Source: Isurus oxyrinchus
Lineage: Eukaryota
Reading direction: 5' to 3'
Assembly (NCBI GenBank): GCA_026770705.1
Contig: JANJGN010000031.1
Location: 1,488,001-1,552,000, forward strand
Length of the DNA stretch: 64,000 bases
The notes beneath the pieces are model-generated. The model did no database searches. It was given only the letters and a program-made list of their open reading frames with translations, and was not told where the DNA came from. How positions within the stretch are numbered: position 1 is the first letter of the stretch; each line of letters begins with the position of its first letter. Both the position numbers and the translations under genes were made by a program. Below, one piece after another: positions 8,943 to 19,722 of the stretch.

Positions 8943-10330
8943 AGATACTGTTCTTCATGGGGGAAGAGAGAACTCGGAGCAGTTTCAAAAAAGGGGGTCG
9001 CCCGTTTAAGAGGGAGATGAGGAACAATCTCTTTGAGAGTCGTGAATGTTTGCAATTCTGTACCTCAAAGAGCAGTGGAGGATGGGTCAATGAATATATT
9101 CAAGGCTGAGCAAAAGTTTTGAATTATTCGGGAAATAGGAGATAATGAATGCGGGAAGGCTGCAGACAAAGTGGATAAGGCTGCAATGAGATTTGCCATG
9201 ATCTCATTGAATGGCAGAGCAGGCTCGTGGGGCCGAATGGCCTACTCCTGCTCTTCTTTCTTATGTCCTTACGTTATGACCGGCTAACTTGCTCCTATAT
9301 CAGTAACTACTTTCGATATTCCCGGGATAGCTTTCACTCTGACCAGCCTTGTATTCCCTGGAATGTAGAAGTTCGAAGAGTGAGCAAATCAAGGCGTTAA
9401 TGATTAAAGGATTTGATAAAGCAGATGGAGAGAAAGCATTTGGCTGGGGAAGGGTCCACCACACCGGCGCAGTACAATCAAATTCGACCCAGGCCGGTGG
9501 AAATCTTGAGCTCGGTCCCCTGCAAACAGCTGTGGAGCCTGGGGATCAACTGTAACCTTCAACAGCCGAATTAATCGAAAACAGAAAATGGTGGGAAAAC
9601 GCAGGTCAGGCAGCATCTGTGGGGAGAGAAACAGATTTAACGTTTCGAGTCCGTCTAACACTTCCTCAGACCGGAAATGATAGATTTTTGTAATGTTGGG
9701 AGAACGAAAATACAGAGCGCAGGCGGGTAAATGGAGCGAAGAAACAGAGCAGCCACGATTCCATTGAATGAATGAACAGTTTCGCGGTGAGGAATCGCCT
9801 CCTCCGCCGACTCGAATGGCCGAATGGTCTCCCGATATTCCTGTGTAAAAACTTCATTAAGCTCGATGGGCCTCCTCCTGTTCCTGTCTAATAGTTTCGA
9901 GAGGGGGCTGAAATGACCTCCTCCTTTACGTATGTAACAAATCCAAAGGGACAGAATGGGGACGTATGTAACAAAACCAAAGGGACAGAATGGGGCTTCC
10001 GTATGTTGCCGTGCTGAATGGACGCCTTCTGTAACTTGGTTTCCTTTAAAACATTGTCCGGCGCTGGTCTCCTTGATGGTCTTTGTCCGTCCCCTGCTGC
10101 TCCAAGGAGAACGCGCAGTTAGTGAATAAATTTCAATTATTTTTGCTGCAGTCACAAACTCCTAATTCTGGTACAATATTGTTAATTAAACTCCAGTGTT
10201 TTTACATCCATTCCCTCACTTTCATAGTAACCGGTTTCCTCTTATTGCCATAAACACGTTATTCAGCAAACGTGAAACAGGGGGCAACCGCCTGGTTCTC
10301 TCATTTACAGCTGTTTCCTGCCGCCTTTCG

Positions 10331-10369
10331 GGTTGCTGTTGAGCTGCTCCATCTCTCTGAGTCACTGTG
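10331..10369 (-). other. 23-RSS of V-C1 (weaker nonamer)
   Basis: CACAGTG (10369-10363), 23-nt spacer, ACAGCAACC. Confidence 0.9.
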
Positions 10370-10657
10370 AAGACTCCAGGCGCAGTAATACACGGCCGCG
10401 TGATCCACCGGGCGACTCCAACTTGAACTCCGAGTCTCTCGATCTCCGAGCGCTGAAACCGCCCACCGGCCCCTCTGGATTTACAATATTGGTGCCTCAG
10501 GAGTCAAACATCAGCTGCAGCTCTTTCCCCGGGTCCTGTCTGTACCAGAACATGACACCGCTACTGGCTCCATCCGCAGTGCAATTCAATTCCACTCTCC
10601 CTCCAAGAAATTTGGAAATAGTTCGGGGAATCTGATGGACTGTCGCCGATTTCGCGG
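10370..10657 (-). pseudogene. TRBV: TCR beta V pseudogene C1 (V exon only; leader and promoter deleted)
   Basis: AKSATVHQIP...LNCTADG...WYRQDPGKELQLMFDS then TGA (AGA>TGA); 8-nt deletion in FR3 (288-nt exon); leader removed by the deletion at 10769/10770. Confidence 0.9.
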
Positions 10658-11451
10658 CTGAGAAACAAAACGGGAGAGAAGGACGTAAATAAACAGGGAC
10701 ATTCTCATGGAGAAGCAGGGAATGAAAGAGAAAACATGAGAGAAGGATGGAAGAAAATAAATGATAAACTGATGTGTTTCATGGTCCTAGAGCGTCCTCT
10801 GCAGTTCGAGTTGGGAAAGAAATCGCAGAGTCAGTGTATTAAAGCCCAGCCTTTTCTGTGCTTCCTTAACGCTGTTTCCCTTCCCTTTTGTAATTTATCT
10901 TTTATTTTTATTTGCTATTTAATTTGCCGCACTCACAGCTAAATTCACAGTGAAAACCAGCCTCGTCCGCTGACTGTGCTCAAAACTTCAGCCCAGAGTG
11001 GGTTATTCATTTATTCACTTATTCATTTCTCATTCGTGTTTATCCAGTTTCCGCTTCAGGGCATCGATAATATTCCCCTCAAACACTCGGTGGTGGCGAC
11101 TTCCACACGCTTTGCTTGAATTAGATTGTTCCAAATTCCTAATTCGATTTTGTAACTGATTCGCATCTTCTCCACCTGAATCCTACTGAACCGCTTCATT
11201 GTTTCAATAAAACTTCATGAGAATTGCTCTCAACCTCCATTTTCCAGCAAAAACAAACAAATTTAGACTTTGCTGATGGTTTCACCACTCATAGCTGGAA
11301 ACTCCCTGCTCCAGTGCTTCACAATCTATTCACTCATTTTATTGTAACTGTTCTGTTATTGTCAAAAGGTCTTTGTCCCGAGAGAAAAAGAAACAGCGAG
11401 TCGAAGCGCCTCGTAATGTTGTCTCGAGCAGCTGTTTCCTGCCGCCTTTGG

Positions 11452-11490
11452 GGTTTTTGTTGAGCTGCTCCATCTCTCTGAGTCACTGTG
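11452..11490 (-). other. 23-RSS of V-D1 (consensus)
   Basis: CACAGTG (11490-11484), 23-nt spacer, ACAAAAACC. Confidence 0.97.
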
Positions 11491-11993
11491 CAGACTCCAG
11501 GCGCAGTAATACACGGCCGAGTGATTCCCCCGCAGGCTGGGGGACTCCAGCATGAACTTGGAGTCACTCGGTCTCTGGGCCTTGAAACCGTCCACCGGCC
11601 CCTCTGAATTCACCTGATTGGTACCTCTGGAGTAAAACATCAGCTGCGGCTCCCTCCCCGGGTACTGTCTGTACCAGAACATGTTAGGGTTACTGCTCCC
11701 CTCCATAGTGCACTCCAGTTCCACTTCATCCCCGCGAAATCTGGAGACGGCAGCGGGAGTCTGGCGGATAGTCTGTGAGTTCACATCTGGGGAAGAGAAT
11801 GGAAGGAGGAGGTCAGTAAGTGGAGACAATGGCAGAGATTGGGGAAAAAAGGACAAAAAGAAAAGAAAAATAGCAAAAGACAGAAAGAAAGAGATAGAAA
11901 TAAAAATATAAAAGAAGGTTATGAATGAGAGTTACTATTTAAAAGAATTCACTTACGGTGAAACAAGGTCATCAGACCCAGCAACAGATACAT
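11491..11993 (-). CDS. TRBV: TCR beta V gene segment D1, apparently functional; exons 11993-11957 and 11786-11491
   Basis: Leader MYLLLGLMTLFH, GTAAGT donor, CAG acceptor, open 296-nt V exon with CDR1 GSSNPN ending YYCAWSL. Confidence 0.93.
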
Positions 11994-13011
11994 TTTTAAC
12001 TTGAAGTCTTTTACTCAATAAACACAAGAGCGAGAACAGAAGTGTGGACGCCTGTGAGGTGCCAACCCGCTCTTATCAAAACATCGAGGAAAACACGAAG
12101 AGCGGGAGGAAGTGATGAAGATTCGGACACACCTCTCCCTCTGAATGGCCTTTCTGCGACTCCCTCTCGAAGTTGCTGGGCCCTCCCTCTCTCTGATGTA
12201 TTGACTCCCCGTACAGCCTGTTAACGTTTAAAGAGAAACTGAACTCCCAGTGAAAACAGTACGATACAAGATTTTAGGTTTTGAATAAGAAAAGCTTTAC
12301 TGTACAAAACTTGTAAAAGCGAGCACTACTAAATTAACATAATATTTTGTAATGACTCTGTTTAAAACCCATTTTACTTTCTACTTCCACTCAAGAATTT
12401 CTTTATACATTACAAGGTCTGGAGGTTTCATTCACTTCTTCTGAGACAAACCAAGGTACATCACAGTTCTCGGGAATTCACTCGGTAATTCTCCTCAATG
12501 ATCCAGCTATTCTCTGATGTGCAAGTGCTTTTGGGATCCTTCCACCAGCATTTGTATAGGTGACTCCAACCCTCCTTTGACACCTCCCGATTGTGGATCC
12601 CCACAGCTCAAGCATGGGCTTCACCATCTTGCGTAATTACTTTTAAAATCAGAAAATCACCTTTCATTTCTGACAGCCCTTTGTTATGGTTCTCATTGCT
12701 TCACAGCTCCTGGCAGACCTTCTCTCTGCTTTTCTTCAAGCTGAGTGACTGTTTCTGTGAGAAAACATATAGATAAAAACCCAAAACAAAAGTTTACCTT
12801 CCTGCATTGCATATCTCCATAGCAACGTGTATGTTCCTAACAGAAATGTAAATTATCAAAACAACCCTTCGATTCTGGGTCCCACACGAATAATTTACAT
12901 CTCTAATGAGAATAACAACCATCTTACCAGCTTCTCAGGTTCCATGAAGAAACTCATTGTTTATAAAATAGTTTAAGAGCTTCTCAAATCTAGAGAGCCT
13001 ACATGAATTAT

Positions 13012-14385
13012 TTAATAAAACCATGGCTGATCTAATTTTCACCTCAACTTCAAATTCCTGCCTACTCCTGCTAACCTTTCACCTCCTTAATATCAAGAAT
13101 CTCTCTACTTCCGCCTTAATGATATTCAAAGACTCTCCCTCAAACACCTTTTGCAGAAAAGAATTCCAAACCCTCACAACACTCTGAGAGAGAGAAAAAT
13201 ATCCTCACCACTGCCTGAAATAGGCAATGCCTAATTTTTAAACAGTGCCCCTTAGTTTGAGATTCTCCCACAAGAAGAAACATCCTCTCCACAACCACCT
13301 TGTCAAGACCCCTCAGGATCTTATATGTTTCAATCAAGTCGCCTCTTCCCTTCTAAACTCCAGTGGATACAAGCCTAGTCTGTCCAACCTTTCCTTATAA
13401 GACAACTCGCCCATTCCAGTATTAATCTAGGAAAACTTCTCTGAACCGCTTCCAATGCATTTCCATCCTTCCTTAAATACTGCACACAGTACAGGAGATG
13501 TGGTCTCACCAATGCCCTAAATAACTGAAGCATAACTTCCCTATCCTTGTTTTCAACTCCCATCACAAAAAACAATAACATTCTCTTAGCTTTCCCAATT
13601 ACTTGCTGTACCTGCATTCTAACCTTTTGGGATTCAAGCACTTGGGCACCCAGAAATCTCTACATCTCAGAGCTCTGCAATCTCTCACCATTTATATAAT
13701 ATGCTTCTTTTTATGTCCTGCCAAAATGGCAACTTCACATTTTCTCACATTAATACTGTATTTGCCAGGTCTTTACCCACTCATTTAACTCATCTATATC
13801 CGTTTGTAACCTTCTTATGTCCTCTTCACAATTTACTTACCTACCTATCTTTGGATCAACAGCAAATTTAACAACAATATCATCATTCCCTTCATGTTAA
13901 TTATTTGTATAAATTGTGAAGTGTTGAGGCCCCAGCATTGACACCTGTAGCACATCACTCGCCACATCCCAGCAACCAGAAAAAGACATATTTATGCCTA
14001 CTCTCTGTTTCCTGTTAGCTAGTCAATCTGCTATCCATGCCAATATGTAATGTCAAATACCACGTGCTCTTATTGTCAGTAATAATCTTTGATGTGGCAC
14101 TTTATCAAATGCTTTCTGGAACTCTAAATGTAGTACATCCACCAGTTCGCCTTTATTAACAGTACCTTTTCCTGTTTCAAAGAACTCCAATGAATTGGTT
14201 AAATATCATTTCCCTTTCTCAAAACCATGTTGACTCTGCCTGATGACCTTGAATTTACCTAAGTGTCCTGTTATAGCATCTTTGAGAACCACTTATGTCA
14301 TTTTCCCTTTGACAGGTGTAAAGCTCACTGCCCTATAGATTCCTGCTCTCTGTCTCCCTTCCTTTTCAATAAAGCAGTTATATCA
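13012..14385 (-). mobile_element. CR1-type LINE RT/3' fragment; copies at ~36055-37482 and ~58693-60119
   Basis: LFRALVRPHL.YCVQ...LEAVQR and LIETYKILRGLDKV...MF.LVGES.T.GH.LKI are CR1 ORF2 C-terminal motifs. The 3' tail (aggagcaggagtaggcc) survives in units 2 and 3 only. Confidence 0.85.
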
Positions 14386-14649
14386 GGTTTTTTTGCAATC
14401 AGAACTAGGCTGTTGAGTTATGATATCAAGAAGCATTTATTCACACAAACAAATCTGTAACACTTGCCCCAATGATCACTGGATGACTTGGAGGGTCATT
14501 TGAAGATTTAAGACCGAAATTGATAGTTTTTTGTTGGGTAAATGTATGAATGGTGACAAGGCAGATAATTGAAATTAAGATACAGAACAGCTGGAATCTA
14601 ATTGAATTGTCTGGCAGGTACGAAAGACTCCCGATTTTTCTTGAGTTCT

Positions 14650-15030
14650 CTACTTGAGGGCAGGTCCGACCCACAGCCTCCACCACAGGTGGGGCTAGGA
14701 AGCAGGCCATGAATTCACCCTATCCAGAATGGAGATCAAACCCCGTCGCTGTTAGCACCAAACTGATCCACACTAGCCATCCAGCTACTTCAACATGTAT
14801 GTGGGAGCCTGGAATCTCCGACATTCCAAAACATTGCTAACCAGGAATATCTCCCGCTCCCACTGCCTGCCATTTGCGTGTGTTGGAAGGACTTCTACGT
14901 TGACACTCAACCTGTTTGGCTGCATTACGAATGTACCTTCCACGGGCATCGAGCCCTATAGTGGGGGATGAAGATAGAGCTTCTGACTCAGAGGCAGGGT
15001 CACTACTCGCTGCGCCACAAGACCGCCTCC
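14650..15030 (-). mobile_element. Two degenerate tRNA-derived SINE heads; also in units 2 and 3
   Basis: Minus strand reads TAGCTGGATGG...GGTTTGATC (~14790-14730) and TGGCGCAGCGAGTAG (~15020), resembling Pol III A/B boxes. Confidence 0.4.
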
Positions 15031-16271
15031 TGAGTTTCGATTCCTGTTAAACCAACATGTCAGGCACCAGGGTCTGGCAACAGCTTCGATCGCCTCCTGC
15101 TGTCCACTTGGAGAAAGAAACCCGGTGCCTGGAAACACTGGACGTTATATTGTTCTCTTTGTCTCTTTATTTCTTTCTTCATTTGTCAAAGCCTTTCTCT
15201 TACTTGCTGTTTCATTATTTTCTGCGTCACTTCTTTCTTCCTGTCTTTAGTTTCATTTATTTCTCTATTCTGACTCTTACATTTTTTTAAACCCTGAAAC
15301 AGGACGATGAGACTGGGCATGGCCTATGACGTGTTTATTACTTTCTCTGCTCCTGTCTACCTATCCTTCTTATTTTCATTTTTTCATTCGCCCTTTCCTC
15401 GGGTTGGCTACTTTATTTTCTATTTTCCATTTTTCAACCTTTTGTAATGACCACAGAGTTTGTAAACACATGCCTGCTGCAGATCGAAAGCCCATCTCTG
15501 TGACTCCCGGTCCGCCCTTTATTTACCCGCCAATAAGAACAGCGTAAAAATGCTGAAAGAAGCAAGAAGCCAGAGTCCATCTCCCCCTCCCCACGGTTCC
15601 CATGTCTGTCCCTACTCAGGGGTCAGTTCACTAACTCCACTGATTAATCCCATAAAGACATTTTACTGCCCCTCACTGTACCAACATGGACTGTATCACA
15701 CAGAAACAGACCAGTCAATCCAACAGCCTCGTGCTACTGTTTAAAGAGCGGCTTTAATCCTCTCCTCCCATGCAAACTGATTTCAACCCTTCAACACACC
15801 CTTCATCATTCATCTGTTTATCCAGCTTCCCCTGAAATCCATCTCTGCTCTTCGCCCCATGGTTCCAGAATCTCGCCTCTCTGGGAAAATTAGGTTTCTC
15901 CTGAAAGCCCGATGGGATATATTGTATTATTAATCATCTCATATTGATGACCCCTAGTTCTGGTCACGCCTGCAAGTGAAAATATCTCCTGTCCATCTCC
16001 TTGTTGAACCGCCTTCCATCATGTTAAATTCCTCTATCAGGATAGCAGCCATTCTGGTGGAAACAGCTCCAGTCTCTTCCGTCTTTCCCGATAGTAACAG
16101 CCGCTCAGTTGCTTGTAAATTTGTCTGTGCACCTTTTCCACAGCTTCTATACCTGACATTCAACCCAACTGATCTCTTGTTCTTCCCAAAACTGCCTTCA
16201 CTTTGGTAAAAAGAAACAAGAGGCAGCATCGCCTGGTTTCCTCATTCACAGCTGTTTCCTGCCGCCTTTGG

Positions 16272-16310
16272 GTGTTTTGTTGAGCTGCTACATCTCTCTG
16301 AGTCACTGTG
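16272..16310 (-). other. 23-RSS of V-E1
   Basis: CACAGTG (16310-16304), 23-nt spacer, ACAAAACAC. Confidence 0.93.
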
Positions 16311-16832
16311 AAGACTCCAGGGGCAGTAATACACGGCCGAGTTATCCGCCCGCAGGCTGGGGGACTCCAGCATGAACTCGGAGTCTCTTGGTCTCTGGGC
16401 GGTGAAACCGTCCACCGGCCCCTTTGGATTTACAATACTGGTCCCTCTGGAGTAAAATAGAAACTGCAGCTCCTTCCCTGGGTCCTGTCTGTACCAGAAC
16501 ATGTCAGGGTTACTGCTCCCTTCCACAATGCACTCCAGTTCCATTTCATCCCCAGGAAATCCGGACACAGCAGCGGGAGTCTGGCGGATAGTCTGTGACT
16601 TCACACATGGGAAGGAAAGGAGAGCGGAAGCCGTCAGTAAAGAGGGTAAATTGGGTGTTGGGGAAACAAAGGAAGGAAAGAGACAAACGTGGTGAAATAG
16701 AAAGAAAGACCAGAAGGAGAGAGAACAAGGGAAGGTCAGAAAGTGGAGCGGAAAGCTGGATGCTGAATAGGAATTGTTGTCTGGAAAGTTCCTTACAGTG
16801 AAACATGATTAACGGAGCCAGCAACAGTACAT
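16311..16832 (-). pseudogene. TRBV: TCR beta V pseudogene E1 (open V exon; dead leader and splice acceptor)
   Basis: Leader 16832-16797 is 36 nt (1-nt deletion; ATG TAC TGT TGC TGG CTC CGT TAA). Acceptor is CAG>CAT at 16607. V exon is in frame but ends YYCPWS. Confidence 0.88.
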
Positions 16833-16905
16833 CTTCCACCTCAGGTTCCCTTTGAACCAATCTTTATCCCTGGTAAGAAAACACAGCAAATACAATGCTC
16901 CTCCT

Positions 16906-17508
16906 GGCTTGGCCTAAATAGCCAAGTGGTTATGATACTGGGTTTGTAACCCCAAGATCAAGAGTTCAAATCTCACAATGGCAAACTATGAAACAATGTA
17001 ACTTCATCTGAAAAACAGATGGAAACGGTTTGTACTCAAAAGAGATACAGCAGTTCAAGAGGAAAAAATGAGCAGTTGTGAATGAAGCACTTGAGGGCTT
17101 GGCCTAAATAGCCAAGTGGTTATGGTACTGGGTTTGTAACCCCAAGATTGAGAGTTCAAATCTCACAATGGCAAACTATGAAACAATGTAACTTCATCAG
17201 AAACAGATGGAAATGGGTTTGTGCTCGAAAGAGTATCAAGCATTCAAAATCTCACAATGGCAAATATGAAACAATGTAACTTCATCTGAAACAGATGGAA
17301 ACAGGTTTGTACTCGAAAGAGTATCAAAAGTACAAATCTCACAATGGCAAACTATGAAACAATGTAACTTCATCAGAAACAGATGGAAATGGGTTTGTGC
17401 TCGAAAGAGTATCAAGCATTCAAAATCTCACAATGGCAAAACTATGAAACAATGTAACTTCACCTGAATAGGAACAGATGGAAACGAGTTTGTACTCGAA
17501 AGAGTTAT
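16906..17508 (+). mobile_element. tRNA-headed SINE-like insertion with internal ~88-bp tandem repeats; 12-bp TSD AATGCTCCTCCT
   Basis: A box TAGCCAAGTGG, B box GAGTTCAAATC; two heads and five tail units; TSD at 16894-16905 and 17509-17520; empty site in the V-B promoter (~8338). Confidence 0.8.
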
Positions 17509-19722
17509 AATGCTCCTCCTCCTCCTCGCTCTGATTGGTAGCCCAGCCCCTCCCATTCAGACTGACAGCCCCGCCTTTTCCAGTTTCAGCCCCGCCCCTC
17601 ACTCCCTGCTTGGATTATGTCGAGCTGCGGGCAACAGGAAGTTGCACATAGGAGGGTGGGGGGGGCGGTTTTAGTGGACAGGACAAAACTGGAGGGATCA
17701 CAACTCAGATTCACCAGGACAATGCTGTGGTTTAGAGGGGTAAATTAAGAAGACAGGCTGCAGAAACTTTGCTGCATTCTCCTGAATTTAGAATAGTGAG
17801 GGGCGCTTTAATTGAACAGCTCAAACTGGAAAAGCAAAATTAAGGGTGTTTGATAGAAACTTTTCTCTCTGCTGGGAGGACTGCCCAACAAAGTGGAATA
17901 ACCTTAAAATTAGAGTTCGGAATGAGAGGTGAGCTTATTGATGCATAGAAGGGTCTGAGGTTGGCTTGACAGGGCAGATGCTGTTCTTCATGGGGGAATC
18001 TAGAACTAGGAGCAGTTTCAAAAAAAAGGGTTGCCCGTTTGAAGGAGATGAGGAGGAATCTCTTTGAAAACTGTGAATATTTGGAATTCTCTATACCAGA
18101 GAGCAGTGGAGGCTGGGTCATTGAATATATTCAAGGCTGAGCTAGAGTTTTGAATTATTAGGGAATCGGGGATAATGGATGGGGAAAGGCTGCAGACAAA
18201 GTGGATAAAGCTATAATGAGATCAGCCATGATCTTATTGAATGGTGGAGCAGGCTCGTGGATTAACATAATGCATTAATTTTGGCACTAAATTTCTACTC
18301 AGTTAAAGGGCTTGTTGGTTCAGATAAGATTTTCCATTAGGATGAATGTTTTAATATTTTTGTAATTCCAAAACATAAATTCTTTACAAAGAAATGAAAG
18401 CAATGTTTTCCTCCTTTTACTGTCCTTTGGAAAAATTGTTGAGCCCACCACTTACTGAAAGGAAGCAGGGGATGTTTCTGTCTACCGACCAATCAAATGG
18501 TGTGATGAGAGTGATTTTCCCTTTGCCCTCCCACCCATTGCAATGTAGTTAAAATCAAGAACTTTGAAAGAATGAAGACAATCAAACTTTCAGTCCGGCT
18601 TTGCTTTTGAATGCAACTACAAGAAAAAAGCTTGTCTGTTGGGTTACCCCTTCCTACCTCTAGATTCTGATCATTCCCTTCTGTGGTTATTTTTGTTTCT
18701 CTGTTGTGCACATTCTGTGCCCCCTCACCCTCGCCCTACCAGCTTCTATTGTCAGCATTTTGAAAAATTTTCTCCTAAGCTGCTAATACACCATCTCACA
18801 AACTGTTCCCTCCCTGCTTCCTCTTTGCTTTGCAATCAGAACGTACAGGATTGTTTCTAACTCTTCAACTTCTAATTCCCCAGGCACATGAAGCTATGCA
18901 ACTACTGTAATTTTACCAACTGTTGATGATCTTTTAAACCTATCATTTATTATTAACTGCAGTGTGCTCCACACTCTACAACCTTCAAACTAAACTGCGA
19001 TTGGTGAAATATGGCTGTTTATCACTGAGAAATACTGCTTGACAATTTCTGTAACCTGAAGGGGTACAGAACCAATCCCCCTCCAGTAGGTTGTGTGCAA
19101 GTTGGTCATCTTATATACTGAATGGTGATGCACTAATCTATGAGTTCCTGCAACTGTAAATATCAGTTTTCCAAACCTTTTTTAAGCCAAAGCTTCAGCT
19201 ATCCAACTTCCCCTCTCCATATGAAATAAAACTGAAAATATTGGACCTGCAACAGTGAAAGCAAGGATCGTAAAAATCTCAAGTAAAAAACCAGTGGGGA
19301 AAACGAAAGTATTACAGAGCCAAGAAAATTAAAGCATCGAAAATATATGAATAATCATACAGGGGATTGAAAAGACCCATTTAGAATAAGATAAAACAGA
19401 ATAAAAGAGAAGCTGAGATTCAGCAGGTAAAGAGAGGTTACCTAACAGCTAAAGGATGGAACCACTTAAAGATATTTCAAAGGGAATAGTTCCTCACTGA
19501 TACCTTTTGGGTCTCCCTTCCTTTTCCTTTTGATGCATTTTATAAGTGGGTTTTCCTACTGTACCAGCTCCAATCGAAACAGCAACCTCCTTGTTTTCTA
19601 TTGAATTGTTGACTGACTCGTTTATAGATTTCCAGCATTTTCTGTTTTTATTTCTAATTTCCAGCGTTTCTGCATTTCCCTTTTGATTTATGACTAATCA
19701 ATCTCTGATAGCATTGTACACA

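Noticed and set aside
9655-10155. 166-aa ORF conserved in all three units
   Set aside because: No recognisable domain; it crosses repeat remnants and a local duplication, and its conservation is explained by the recent segmental duplication.
10946-10990. Plus-strand CACAGTG (also at 2146) as a D- or J-segment RSS
   Set aside because: No nonamer at 12- or 23-bp spacing and no FGxG J motif seen nearby.
4986-16832. Immunoglobulin VH/VL, IgNAR or NAR-TCR identity
   Set aside because: No octamer in the promoters, no nearby D/J/C as in shark Ig clusters, and the sequence motifs (CAWS, FYS.G, SNP) match the TRBV30 type.
16906-16980. Functional tRNA gene
   Set aside because: A/B boxes and an anticodon-like arm are present, but there is no good acceptor stem; it has a TSD and repeat tails, so it is SINE-like.
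16960-17508. CRISPR-like array
   Set aside because: Vertebrate context; the repeats are contiguous with no unique spacers, and there are no cas genes.
18260-19700. AT-rich unique stretch as a possible gene (e.g. trypsinogen, as in tetrapod TRB loci)
   Set aside because: No protease motifs or credible exons were seen; left unannotated.
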